IMG/VR virus record: IMGVR_UViG_3300031992_000055
Span: 1-64,000 of that record
Direction: 5' to 3' (one strand)
Source of the DNA: a virus
Lineage: Duplodnaviria; Caudoviricetes
Length of the DNA: 64,000 bases
A program made the position numbers and the translations under genes. The stretch's first letter is position 1, and each line of letters begins with the position of its first letter. The notes under the pieces are model-generated. The model saw only the letters and a list, made by a program, of their open reading frames with translations. It made no database searches and was not told the origin of the DNA. Shown piece after piece: positions 49,106-57,912 of the stretch.

Positions 49106-49513
49106 TTATTTCAGCCCAAATTGGATGGAATCCTTGTACTCTTCAGAGGGTTCTTTCTCAGTGCCATACACTGAGAACCAGTCCTCCAATAGGGGAGTTG
49201 AGTAATGATAGAAATCTTCCCAATCTCCATTGAGAAGTGAGTCTATTTTCGCATATTCTTTAGTTGGAACAAAATCAGTAAACCAACTTTCATGGTCATC
49301 GTTACTGTAAAATCTGTGTAGCCCTTCAAAGAGTGCTATTATCAGTTCTCTTTGTTGAATAAGGGTTTCTTCTTTATTTTCAAAATGAGGATACCAAATA
49401 GATTTTGTTCCGTCTTGCCGACAATCTGCAGCCATATATATTTCTTGTCCTCCTAAGTTGTAGGAGAGCATAGATACTATGATTAATATGGTTGTGTAAA
49501 GTAATTTTTTCAT
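49106..49513 (-). CDS. Exported/membrane hypothetical protein
   Basis: Signal-peptide-like N-terminus. Confidence 0.7.
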   Translation of the reverse strand: MKKLLYTTILIIVSMLSYNLGGQEIYMAADCRQDGTKSIWYPHFENKEETLIQQRELIIALFEGLHRFYSNDDHESWFTDFVPTKEYAKIDSLLNGDWEDFYHYSTPLLEDWFSVYGTEKEPSEEYKDSIQFGLK

Positions 49514-49662
49514 AATGATTTGGATTTAGAATAAATAAGAAAAGGCCTCTCATGTCTTCTTCTCCTACCAGTTAGCTATCTAATTTCAGCCTGTCGTAGA
49601 GAATCAAGTGACATTTGAGGCCTTTGAGAATTTAATTTAGATAAGGAGAGCAAATAGCCCTC

Positions 49663-50010
49663 CTATATGGCGATGCCTTCATGGTCATAGTCCCAATTGG
49701 CATAAGTATTACGATGGGTATCAAGTACTTTGTATCCTCTATTGTCGTAATTGAGGTCTCTGATTGTGAAGGATTTGTGGATGTATTTTCCCACCATTTG
49801 TATATCTGCATGTAGCTTTCCTACTCCAATCTTCTCAGTGTACTTAGATGCAAGATGCTTGTAGCGTGAGGCTTCTTCTCTTGCGTATGCAAGAGCTTCT
49901 TCAAAGGAAGGAAACAGTACTGCGCTTGCTGAGATTGCATTTGTTTGGCTAACTAAGTCGGAGTGTATGACTATGAAAGCCTCTTTTTTGGATTTTTCAA
50001 GATTAATCAT
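49663..50010 (-). CDS. Hypothetical early protein
   Basis: ORF with A-rich initiation region. Confidence 0.7.
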   Translation of the reverse strand: MINLEKSKKEAFIVIHSDLVSQTNAISASAVLFPSFEEALAYAREEASRYKHLASKYTEKIGVGKLHADIQMVGKYIHKSFTIRDLNYDNRGYKVLDTHRNTYANWDYDHEGIAI

Positions 50011-50159
50011 AATTGTAATGTTGTTTAAAGGGGTTTGACTAATTTTGTTCCCACAGTGATTTCGATATCACATGCCTTCACAGGTTAAGTGCCACGCTTT
50101 TGATGTAATCTCAATGGCTGCTGTGGGAAAAATTTGTAATATTTTGTTGTTGTCTTATT

Positions 50160-50203
50160 TAAAAAAGAAGAGAGGAAAGGTGTCAATTAAGACACCTTCC
50201 TCT
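50160..50203 (-). terminator. Terminator after ORF 50228-50638
   Basis: AGAGGAAGGTGTC..GACACCTTTCCTCT followed by T-rich tract. Confidence 0.6.
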
Positions 50204-50227
50204 ATGTCGGTCAGTAGCAAGTGTTAT

Positions 50228-50638
50228 TTACTTGCTCATTGCTGCAAGAGCACGCCAGTTGAAGCCGAGGGACTTGCGCTTGCTCTGGCCCTGCCTGCAC
50301 AATACATAAGATTCCATCTGCACTTTGCGAGGCTTTGTGCCATTGGCTTTGGCTTCCTCGTCATACTGTTTCTGGAGCTCACGACGTCTTGCCAAGGTCT
50401 CCTCATCAGGCTCTGTCTGGCACACCTGTAAGGTGGCATAGTTGGCATTGAGGAATTCCTTTGTCACAGGCTCTTCAAGTCTGCTTGAGATTGCCACATA
50501 GGTGTCTTTCCCTGTCAAAGGGTCGTTGAACACAAGGCACTCTCCATTAGAGGTTTCCTGCACATTGGGGTCACCATGAAGCATGCAGAACTGCAGAAAG
50601 CTGAATGAATCAATGGGTGAAAAGTTTGTTGTTGCCAT
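50228..50638 (-). CDS. Hypothetical protein, first gene of the leftward (early) unit
   Basis: 136-aa ORF, higher GC than surroundings. Confidence 0.7.
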   Translation of the reverse strand: MATTNFSPIDSFSFLQFCMLHGDPNVQETSNGECLVFNDPLTGKDTYVAISSRLEEPVTKEFLNANYATLQVCQTEPDEETLARRRELQKQYDEEAKANGTKPRKVQMESYVLCRQGQSKRKSLGFNWRALAAMSK

Positions 50639-50751
50639 AGTTGTAAATGTATTTTTGGTGGTGTGAATACTAAGTTTATGAAGAGACCACCACTCTCCAC
50701 AAACCTTGGTTAAACTATCATTGGTTACTCAGCAATTGCCTTTCGCCAAAA

Positions 50752-50946
50752 TATAGGGGTAGTGGTTTGTGCTTTTGTTTTAAAATTTTGAGAAGCATTA
50801 TATTAGAATGTTTCATTAGTCTTGTTAGTTTATGCTCACTTACTATTAGTCTTGTAAGCTTATATTAGAACTGCAATATCCTTGGATTTGCAGTTGGGAG
50901 GGGGGCCTGTCCCACTCCCAAAGTATAGGGGTGGTGGTTTGTGCTT
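50752..50946. repeat. Two ~24-bp direct repeats TATAGGGGT(A/G)GTGGTTTGTGCTTT
   Basis: Copies at ~50752 and ~50924 in non-coding DNA. Confidence 0.8.
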
Positions 50947-51347
50947 TATACCTTCTCTTTAACCATACTTCCTGTTTTAAATTTCTGCCCCTTTTTCCAT
51001 TTTGTTTTTAATGCTTTTATTTATATTTTTCTTTTTCTAAATCATTCCCCCATATTTACCCCCCCCCTACCACTGCTGCTGTTTAAATTGCCTCTAAGAT
51101 GCTTTCTCAATTTTAATTTATATTTTTATAATGCAAACTATACACATAAAAACAGTAAAAGTAGGCTTCAATTATTTGCATTTTAATGGGCAAAATTTTG
51201 CATTATCTTCTTTTTATTTATTCAAAGAGAAATAGAAAAAGGGAAAGAAAGAAATATATAAAGAAAGAAAGGGAAAAAGAAAAGAGAAAGTATAGGGGGG
51301 GGGGAATATCCCAAAAATAAAAATGGGGGAGGGGATATTTATAAAAA

Positions 51348-51376
51348 TAAAAAGGAAGCTTCACAGCTTCCTTTTC
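51348..51376. terminator. Terminator after the lysis genes
   Basis: AAAAGGAAGCT-GTGA-AGCTTCCTTTT perfect hairpin. Confidence 0.75.
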
Positions 51377-51470
51377 CCCTAAAATAATTAACCAAAATCT
51401 TAATAAATCACTAAAAACCTAAATCAACATCAAAGGCCCTTACAAAAAGGCTAAGAGCTACCTAATATAA

Positions 51471-51932
51471 CTATTTTATTGTTAATGTTATTTTTTCTCC
51501 CTTCTTCAATGCTGGCATTACATGCTCATCCATCAGTTTATAATAGTATATTGTAGATTGAAGAACCTTTCCTTTCTGAAGATTTCTTCCTACAGCTATA
51601 CATCCAAGAGAATCTTCTGCTGTATTAAAGGGATGTATTCTTACTCCTTGGTATCCCTTTACATCCATTATCTCTAGCACTTTCCCTCCATACTTTCTGG
51701 CAAAAGCTCTATTTGCAAACTTAGGAGAGTAGGTCATCTTTACTTCATAAGTACCTGTTGGAATAGCTGTCTTACCATAGATCTTCTTTGCTTTAATCTC
51801 ATTGATAGGCATTGTGCTCATAAGGCCTCTGTCTTTATCCTCACAGGTCTCTGAGAACTTTACATTATTGATAAAACACTCTCCAATAGTGTAAGTATCT
51901 TTCTTCCAACGTCTATTTATCAATATCTCCAT
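51471..51932 (-). CDS. DUF5675-family putative endolysin
   Basis: YTIG, TCED.DR, KTAIPTGTY, GVRIHPFN..DSLGCI.VG. Confidence 0.8.
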   Translation of the reverse strand: MEILINRRWKKDTYTIGECFINNVKFSETCEDKDRGLMSTMPINEIKAKKIYGKTAIPTGTYEVKMTYSPKFANRAFARKYGGKVLEIMDVKGYQGVRIHPFNTAEDSLGCIAVGRNLQKGKVLQSTIYYYKLMDEHVMPALKKGEKITLTIK

Positions 51933-52278
51933 CAGTGCTACCTTTTGACTTTTTCTTAGGAGTTGATTCTACAGAACCTAAATACTTTATCATCTGCATC
52001 TGCAAAGTACTTAATTGACTTTTGAGACTATCATTTTCTTTTTGCAAGTATTCTATCTTTTCATTGAGAGATAGTATAGTCTCTTCAAATCTTTGCTTTT
52101 GTGCAGCCATTGATTCTTCCATTGTCTTTTTATATAATTCAAATGAAGCATTTTGATTCTCAATATGCTGACTTTCTACTTCTGTATTATACTTTCTTCT
52201 TGTGAATATAAATGTTACCCAACTTGAGACTGTAGTACAGAACAGTCCCACTAATGCTATAATAATTTCTGCTCCCAT
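51913..52278 (-). CDS. Putative holin/antiholin (one TM + coiled coil)
   Basis: MGAEIIIALVGLFCTTVSSWVTFIF-TRRKY; adjacent to endolysin. Confidence 0.6.
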   Translation of the reverse strand: MGAEIIIALVGLFCTTVSSWVTFIFTRRKYNTEVESQHIENQNASFELYKKTMEESMAAQKQRFEETILSLNEKIEYLQKENDSLKSQLSTLQMQMIKYLGSVESTPKKKSKGSTDGDIDK

Positions 52279-52293
52279 CTCTTTTAGTTTTTG

Positions 52294-52402
52294 CAAATGT
52301 ACTCATAATATTGACATAATATTTAGACATTACAAAAAGACTAAGGTTAATAACCTGTATTATTAATATGTACTCTTAAGAAGTTTCTATGTAGTACTTT
52401 TG
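52294..52402. promoter_or_regulatory. Divergent Bacteroidota promoters for the lysis genes
   Basis: TACATTTG (minus, 52294-52301) and TACTTTTG (plus, 52395-52402). Confidence 0.6.
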
Positions 52403-52418
52403 CATAAACAAAAATAGA

Positions 52419-53021
52419 ATGAAGCAGATAGTATTTATATTGGTGTTTATTCTGGGGTTAGCTCTAGTCCTTGCTGTTAAGCAGATAGAGATACTTGATA
52501 AGAAGTGGAAAGATGCCACTATAAACATGAAGGCATATAGTGCTCAGTTAGATGCAAGCAAGAAGGATAATGTAGCATTTCAAATGACTATAGATCAGTT
52601 GAGATACTATGGAGATTCCATCATGAGGGAACTTGATAAGACTAAGAAGGAACTCAATGTTAAGGATAAAAACACTATAGCTCTTCAGTATGTAGGTTCT
52701 ACATTTACTAAGAGTGATACTGTCATGTTAAGAGATACTGTATTCAAGGAACCTGCTTTTGCTTTAGATACTACTCTTGAAGATCAGTGGTATTCTATGA
52801 GAATAGGCCTTAGTTATCCTTCTACTGTAGCTGTATCTCCTAGATTCCATAGTGAGAAGCATATTATAGTATCCTCTAAGAAGGAAACAGTGAATCCTCC
52901 TAAGAAGTTTTTTCTTTTAAGGTGGTTTCAGAAGAAGCATAGGGTAGTCAAGGTAGATGTTATAGAGAAGAATCCTTATGTTAAGGATGAAGAGAATACG
53001 TATATTCACATAGTCAAATGA
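52419..53021 (+). CDS. Putative spanin-like lysis protein
   Basis: N-terminal TM, coiled coil, DTV repeats, KKFFLLRWFQKKH. Confidence 0.55.
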   Translation: MKQIVFILVFILGLALVLAVKQIEILDKKWKDATINMKAYSAQLDASKKDNVAFQMTIDQLRYYGDSIMRELDKTKKELNVKDKNTIALQYVGSTFTKSDTVMLRDTVFKEPAFALDTTLEDQWYSMRIGLSYPSTVAVSPRFHSEKHIIVSSKKETVNPPKKFFLLRWFQKKHRVVKVDVIEKNPYVKDEENTYIHIVK

Positions 53022-53062
53022 TCATAGTGATTTAATAGTTGTTGTTAAGTTAAGATTTTATG

Positions 53063-54244
53063 TTAACTTGTTTCGTGTGTCATTTTTTCTCCCTTGCTTG
53101 TGAAAGTGGGGGAGTTTTTTATTGCCTTCACTACAGTCTCATCTAACAGTTTAGCATATATTTGCTCTGTTATCCTTGTAGATGAATGTCCGCATATTCT
53201 TGCTATTATCTTCATATCTATACCTTCATTCAATAACATAGTTGCTCCTGTGTGTCTAGCCCAATGAGAGCTTATTGGTTTATCTACTCCTGAAGCCTGG
53301 GCAACTACTTTGAGATACTCATTGTACTTGACATTGCTTATGATAGGTAATGTTTGATTATACTTATCTAGTATTCTTAAGGCGTCTTGTACTAAGGGTA
53401 TAGTGAAAGGTTTATCAGTCTTCTTTCTTTTCCCTATGTATACCTTCGTCCCCTCTAACTCTGTTACATCATTATATTTAAATCTTACAAGGTCAGAATA
53501 GGATAAACAAGTATAGGTTTGGAATATAAATAAATCTCTTACTCTCTCAAGGCACTTAGTTGGTAATATAGAAGTCTTTATCTTGTAGAACTCTTCTTCA
53601 GTCAGGTATCTTGATGTGTGAATGTTCTTGCCTTTATTGATGTTTACCCAGTTATATGGATTCTTATTAAGTAAACCATCTTTAAGGGCATCAAGAATAA
53701 AAGAGTTCAAGAACCTGTGATAATTGTTCCATTTACTATATATCTTCATTTCTTTACTTTCTAAATATCTATCATAGGCAATTATGTTAATCTCATTGAC
53801 ATCTTCAAAGTATATAATTTTTCCCCACTCTTCAAAGAATCTAAGGAACCTATTATATCTTTCTTGGCTATCTTTGGACTTTCCATATTTCCTTATCTCT
53901 GCTCTAGTCTTACAGAAAGCCAGGAAAGAAATGTTCTTTTCCTTCAAGAGTTCCATTCTTCTGGGAATATCAGATAGGGTAATATTGCCTTCTTCAGACA
54001 TTGTTAAGAGAACTTGTCTGATCTTGGATAGTAAAGACTCTATTAAGTCATTATACTTAGAAGCATCTGGAGTATTTATAACTTTATCTTTTCTCCATTG
54101 ATTAGGATATACTCTGATGCCTGTACTCAGATACTTTTGTTTGTAATTATAGGTTATACGTATTTCTATGGTAGCCTTTTTCTTTGAGGAGGCTTTCTTG
54201 TATCTGTCATAGATAAGACAGATTTGAGGAAAATGGTTAATCAT
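53063..54244 (-). CDS. int: Tyrosine integrase (Bacteroidota type, arm-binding + SAM + catalytic)
   Basis: YLSTGIRV...W; FQTYTCLSYSD; HWARHT; CGH; QIYAK. Confidence 0.92.
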   Translation of the reverse strand: MINHFPQICLIYDRYKKASSKKKATIEIRITYNYKQKYLSTGIRVYPNQWRKDKVINTPDASKYNDLIESLLSKIRQVLLTMSEEGNITLSDIPRRMELLKEKNISFLAFCKTRAEIRKYGKSKDSQERYNRFLRFFEEWGKIIYFEDVNEINIIAYDRYLESKEMKIYSKWNNYHRFLNSFILDALKDGLLNKNPYNWVNINKGKNIHTSRYLTEEEFYKIKTSILPTKCLERVRDLFIFQTYTCLSYSDLVRFKYNDVTELEGTKVYIGKRKKTDKPFTIPLVQDALRILDKYNQTLPIISNVKYNEYLKVVAQASGVDKPISSHWARHTGATMLLNEGIDMKIIARICGHSSTRITEQIYAKLLDETVVKAIKNSPTFTSKGEKMTHETS

Positions 54245-54352
54245 TGTTAAATGTAATTGGTAAGGTTAAGTGTCAGCAGTGGTAGTGTAAATATGTAATA
54301 AAAGAAAAGTATACTATAATAAATGTGTATATGATAATATATGCCAATGACC

Positions 54353-54382
54353 AAAAAAGAGAGCCATAGAAGGCTCTCTTTT
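54353..54382. terminator. Terminator between tRNA fragment and integrase
   Basis: aaaaagagagcc-atagaa-ggctctcttttt. Confidence 0.7.
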
Positions 54383-54389
54383 AGATTTT

Positions 54390-54434
54390 GCGGAAGGTGA
54401 GGGATTCAAACCCCCGATACCCGAAAGGGGTATA
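54390..54434 (-). other. attP-like site: 3' half of tRNA-Ser
   Basis: TATACCCCTTTCGGGTATCGGGGGTTTGAATCCCTCACCTTCCGC = variable arm + T arm + acceptor strand; no 5' half; ~150 bp upstream of int. Confidence 0.75.
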
Positions 54435-54541
54435 TTTTATTGAGAACCAATTGCTTATATAATTCTTAATAAAATGATACTACGGAGGATATAATGAATA
54501 CATAATAAATAGGTTTAAAAGGATTATAATAGATGGTAAAG

Positions 54542-54645
54542 CAAAGATAAATAATCCATATGAAACTTCCAAGGTATAATTTTAAAAAATATTGTATTTT
54601 TTTAAGTTGAAAATTTGGAAGTATAAATGGAAATGTATATCTTTG
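54542..54645. promoter_or_regulatory. Divergent promoters (integrase side / structural module)
   Basis: TATCTTTG minus at 54542-54549; TTTG-20 nt-TATCTTTG plus at 54614-54645. Confidence 0.65.
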
Positions 54646-54772
54646 TGGAGTCTTAAATAACAGATACTTTAACCTATCAAGTCACTATAATAGAGATACA
54701 TATTTAGTTTGACTAAAGTATTACTTTAAGTGATTTTGTCCTAAATTATAAACTAATTTAAACTACTGTAAT

Positions 54773-54973
54773 ATGAAGAAGTTTCCAACAAGTGAAAAAG
54801 AGTGGCAGGCAGAAAGTGATGCCAGGACTCTAGCAGAATACCAAAAGATAATGGGAGATAAAGATAGAATGAGCAGGGCTCTTAAAATTGCTAAAAGGGA
54901 AGCTGCTCGTTATAGGGAGCAGGCTGATGCTATGGATAAAGTTGTAGGAAGTAGACCCAGAAGAAAAAAGTAA
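54773..54973 (+). CDS. Small hypothetical protein
   Basis: EWQAESDARTLA phage motif. Confidence 0.7.
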   Translation: MKKFPTSEKEWQAESDARTLAEYQKIMGDKDRMSRALKIAKREAARYREQADAMDKVVGSRPRRKK

Positions 54974-54977
54974 TGAT

Positions 54978-55154
54978 ATGCCACAGAAGAAAGAGAAAAA
55001 AGAATTGGCTATTATTCAAGCCCATTCTCTAAGAGACTTGCTTAATCAAGTAAATGAAGTTAATTTCAATGATAGCAAACCTACTATAATGAGGGATGAT
55101 ATTATTGGATTACAAAAAATCGACGATACTTATTTTCTTTTATATTTTAGATAA
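54978..55154 (+). CDS. Small hypothetical protein (58 aa)
   Basis: Manually translated MPQKKEKKELAIIQAHSLRDLL... Confidence 0.6.
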   Translation: MPQKKEKKELAIIQAHSLRDLLNQVNEVNFNDSKPTIMRDDIIGLQKIDDTYFLLYFR

Positions 55155-55170
55155 ATAAAAGGAGGAGCCT

Positions 55171-55593
55171 ATGTGTAGTCAAGAGAAGAGGAAAGAATAT
55201 GACGAAGAACCTGTCAAGTACTGCACTAACTGCTACTCTTTAAAGATAAAATATGAAGAGACTATAGATAGCGATTGTTGTGCAAATTGTGGATGTCTCA
55301 GTATAAGAGAATCTAATATAAGGGAATGGGAGAAGTTATACGAGAAAAAATATGGAAAAAAATTTGTTGAAGATACCTGTAATCTAAAGCAATCAGCATA
55401 CTTCAATATGCCTATCTCAAAGCTAAAGAAAAAGGTATTTGAAAGCAAAAACTTTGATACTATTCTCAAAACACTTTATCCTAATTTTCCTGGAGGATAT
55501 AGTAAAGCTGATTCTGTCATATTACTATTTGACAAGCTTTCTAAAGATAACAAGTTAGATGAATTACGTTTATTATTATTAAAATTGAACTAA
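55171..55593 (+). CDS. Zinc-finger protein
   Basis: EPVKYCTNCYSLKI...CANCG. Confidence 0.75.
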   Translation: MCSQEKRKEYDEEPVKYCTNCYSLKIKYEETIDSDCCANCGCLSIRESNIREWEKLYEKKYGKKFVEDTCNLKQSAYFNMPISKLKKKVFESKNFDTILKTLYPNFPGGYSKADSVILLFDKLSKDNKLDELRLLLLKLN

Positions 55594-55597
55594 GGCA

Positions 55598-55888
55598 ATG
55601 GAAGAGAAGAAAACAATTACAACTGAGAATGTTCAAGAGAACAATCAGAAATTGAGTTATGAACAGCTTAATGAGGCCTGCTCTCAACTTTATCAGCAGA
55701 ATCAAAATTTGCTTAGACAGTTGCAGCAGGCTAATCTTACTAACATGTTTAAAAGATTAGATTATCTTTTTAATGTATTAAATTATAATAGTTTGTTTGA
55801 TGCTGATTTTGTATATGATTGTGTAAAAGAGATAAAAGAAGCTCTTACTGTTGATCAGCCAGAAGAAAAAAAGATTAAGGAGGAGTAA
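55598..55888 (+). CDS. Hypothetical protein
   Basis: KLSYEQL...FKRLDYLF. Confidence 0.75.
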   Translation: MEEKKTITTENVQENNQKLSYEQLNEACSQLYQQNQNLLRQLQQANLTNMFKRLDYLFNVLNYNSLFDADFVYDCVKEIKEALTVDQPEEKKIKEE

Positions 55889-55890
55889 TC

Positions 55891-56322
55891 ATGGATGAGG
55901 CCAATACTGACAAAAAGATAATTAAGAGGCAGTTAAGGCCAAATAATGTAGTGGCTGTTCCTACAACCTTTGGCACTGAATTCTTTAAATGGTGGTGCAT
56001 ATTTCTCAGGCCATTTATTAATCTCACAGATAGAGAAGTTCAAGTAATTTCCTGTTTCCTTAAAGAGAGATATGAACTCTCTAAGTATATTTCAGATGCA
56101 GGTATTCTTGATAAAATGGTAATGAGTGAAGATACTAGGCAGAAAGTACAAAAGGAATGCAAAATATCTTCTCAGCATCTATGTGTAGTACTTAATAAAC
56201 TGAGAAAAAACAAAGTGATTATAGACAACATGATTAATCCTAGATTAATACCTAATATTAGAACAGATGATAATGGATGTTTTCAATTGCTTATTCTGTT
56301 TAAGGAGAAAGAAGAGAAATGA
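55891..56322 (+). CDS. Putative winged-helix DNA-binding protein
   Basis: LTDREVQV...LNKLRKNKVI. Confidence 0.6.
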   Translation: MDEANTDKKIIKRQLRPNNVVAVPTTFGTEFFKWWCIFLRPFINLTDREVQVISCFLKERYELSKYISDAGILDKMVMSEDTRQKVQKECKISSQHLCVVLNKLRKNKVIIDNMINPRLIPNIRTDDNGCFQLLILFKEKEEK

Positions 56323-56576
56323 CATTAAATGATGTTTTTAAAATAGTATCTGATGATGTAGGATTATCTAAAGCAGAAGTAGAAAAGATATATAAGGCTT
56401 ATTGGAAAGCAATAAGAGAACATATTACTTCTATTCCTTTAAAAGAAGATCTTACAGAGGAAGAATTTGAAGATTATCGTCCTAATGTTAATATTCCGTC
56501 TATAGGTAAACTTTATGTGACCTTTGATAAGTATAAGAAAAGAAGAGATATAGTAAAAGGAGTACTTGGAGAATGA
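56319..56576 (+). CDS. HU/IHF-like DNA-binding protein
   Basis: VSDDVGLSKAEVEKI...VNIPSIGKL. Confidence 0.7.
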   Translation: MTLNDVFKIVSDDVGLSKAEVEKIYKAYWKAIREHITSIPLKEDLTEEEFEDYRPNVNIPSIGKLYVTFDKYKKRRDIVKGVLGE

Positions 56577-56989
56577 TACATATTAAAAAAATAAAACCTC
56601 TATTTACCACTGTAATTACTACAGGAGATAAGTTTGAACAGGATATGGTTGATGGAGGTATTATCATAGCTAAAAAAGGAGACCTTAAATTATGGCAGAA
56701 AGTTATAGCAACAGGTTCTGCTGTAAGAGATATCAATGTTGGAGACATGGTGATGATTAATGCAGATCACTTTGCCTTCAAGAAATATGATAAGAACTCT
56801 ATTCAGAATGACTTGGATAACAATCCTACATTAGGATATCACTTTAATTGGGTGACTATAGATAATGAAAAAGGAGAGCCTGAAGAATGCCTGCTCTTAA
56901 ATGATAGAGATATTATGTATGTCTTTGAAGGAGAAGAAAAGGAAGATTCTATAATAGTTCCCTCAACCAACAAAATAATACTAAGCTAA
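56573..56989 (+). CDS. GroES-like co-chaperonin
   Basis: IKPL..V, GGII, VIATG..DINVGD.V, LLNDRDI. Confidence 0.7.
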   Translation: MIHIKKIKPLFTTVITTGDKFEQDMVDGGIIIAKKGDLKLWQKVIATGSAVRDINVGDMVMINADHFAFKKYDKNSIQNDLDNNPTLGYHFNWVTIDNEKGEPEECLLLNDRDIMYVFEGEEKEDSIIVPSTNKIILS

Positions 56990-56990
56990 T

Positions 56991-57182
56991 ATGAAAGATA
57001 TAAAGGTGAACTCTTCAGGAGGAGTAGGATTTTGGGGACTTCTTACTATAGTATTTATAGTATTGAAACTTACCCATGTTATTGACTGGTCTTGGTGGTT
57101 AGTATTATCTCCTATTATTATAGGATTTGTCTTGACTATTGTAATAGCGTTGCTAGTTATCATATTTTCTAATTTAAGGTAG
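56991..57182 (+). CDS. Small two-TM membrane protein
   Basis: GGVGFWGLLTIVFIVLKLTHVIDWSWWLVLSP. Confidence 0.8.
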   Translation: MKDIKVNSSGGVGFWGLLTIVFIVLKLTHVIDWSWWLVLSPIIIGFVLTIVIALLVIIFSNLR

Positions 57183-57200
57183 AAGATTGTTTGGGAGAAG

Positions 57201-57232
57201 GAGCCTGAGCCTATTACAGGCTTAGGCTTTTT
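57201..57232 (+). terminator. Intrinsic terminator
   Basis: agcctgagcct-attac-aggcttaggct-tttt. Confidence 0.7.
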
Positions 57233-57267
57233 AATTATACCTTATAATATATATAGGAGATTATAAA

Positions 57268-57822
57268 ATGAAGTTAATAAAGGTTGAAGACTATCAATTA
57301 AAGGTAGCAGATGAGGCCTTGCTTGTTAAGCCTTTCAGAAAACTTTGGAATATGGATAGATCTCAAGGCAAGGAACAGTTCTATAAACAAATGTCTTTGC
57401 TCTACTATGTTTATTCTCCTTCTTCTAACTATTCTTATATAGTAGATGAGAAGGCTAGAATGAAAGAGGTAATGGAGCAAGAGGATATTCGAGATATCAA
57501 AAACAATACTGAATTTAAGGCTGCTGTTGAAGTATATAAGAAGCTTGTGAAGACTGCTTCCAGTGAACTGCTTACTGATGTTAGAATGACTATAGATAAA
57601 GTCAGACAGGCTTTGAATAGTATTAACTTTGATGACTTGGAAGAGAAAGACAAGGTAACTGCTCTTAATACTGTTACATCTATAGTTAGTAAAATACCTA
57701 AGCTTGTAAAAGATCTTTCAGAAGCAGAAAAAGCAGTAGCAAAAGAGTTAGAGGAACAGAATACTGCTAGAGGCTCTCAGGAGCTTACAGTAGGTGATAT
57801 ATGGTCAGGACAAGGTCTATAG
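57268..57822 (+). CDS. Conserved structural-module protein
   Basis: 184-aa ORF ending ARGSQEL; position in late module. Confidence 0.7.
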   Translation: MKLIKVEDYQLKVADEALLVKPFRKLWNMDRSQGKEQFYKQMSLLYYVYSPSSNYSYIVDEKARMKEVMEQEDIRDIKNNTEFKAAVEVYKKLVKTASSELLTDVRMTIDKVRQALNSINFDDLEEKDKVTALNTVTSIVSKIPKLVKDLSEAEKAVAKELEEQNTARGSQELTVGDIWSGQGL

Positions 57823-57864
57823 TAAATAGTAGATTTAAGTGTTTATAAGTAAGGGGTTAAGGCA

Positions 57865-57896
57865 TTTGGAGACATTCTCTGGATGCCTTAATTTTG
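57865..57896 (+). promoter_or_regulatory. Bacteroidota promoter
   Basis: TTTG-20 nt-TAATTTTG, 16 nt upstream of ATG 57913. Confidence 0.65.
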
Positions 57897-57912
57897 TGAA
57901 AAATTTTATATT

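Noticed and set aside
50941-51186. Phe-rich plus-strand ORF
   Set aside because: Low-complexity by-product of the T-rich control region
54390-54434. Complete tRNA-Ser gene or second exon of a split tRNA
   Set aside because: No D arm, anticodon arm or intron core found upstream; treated as an att site
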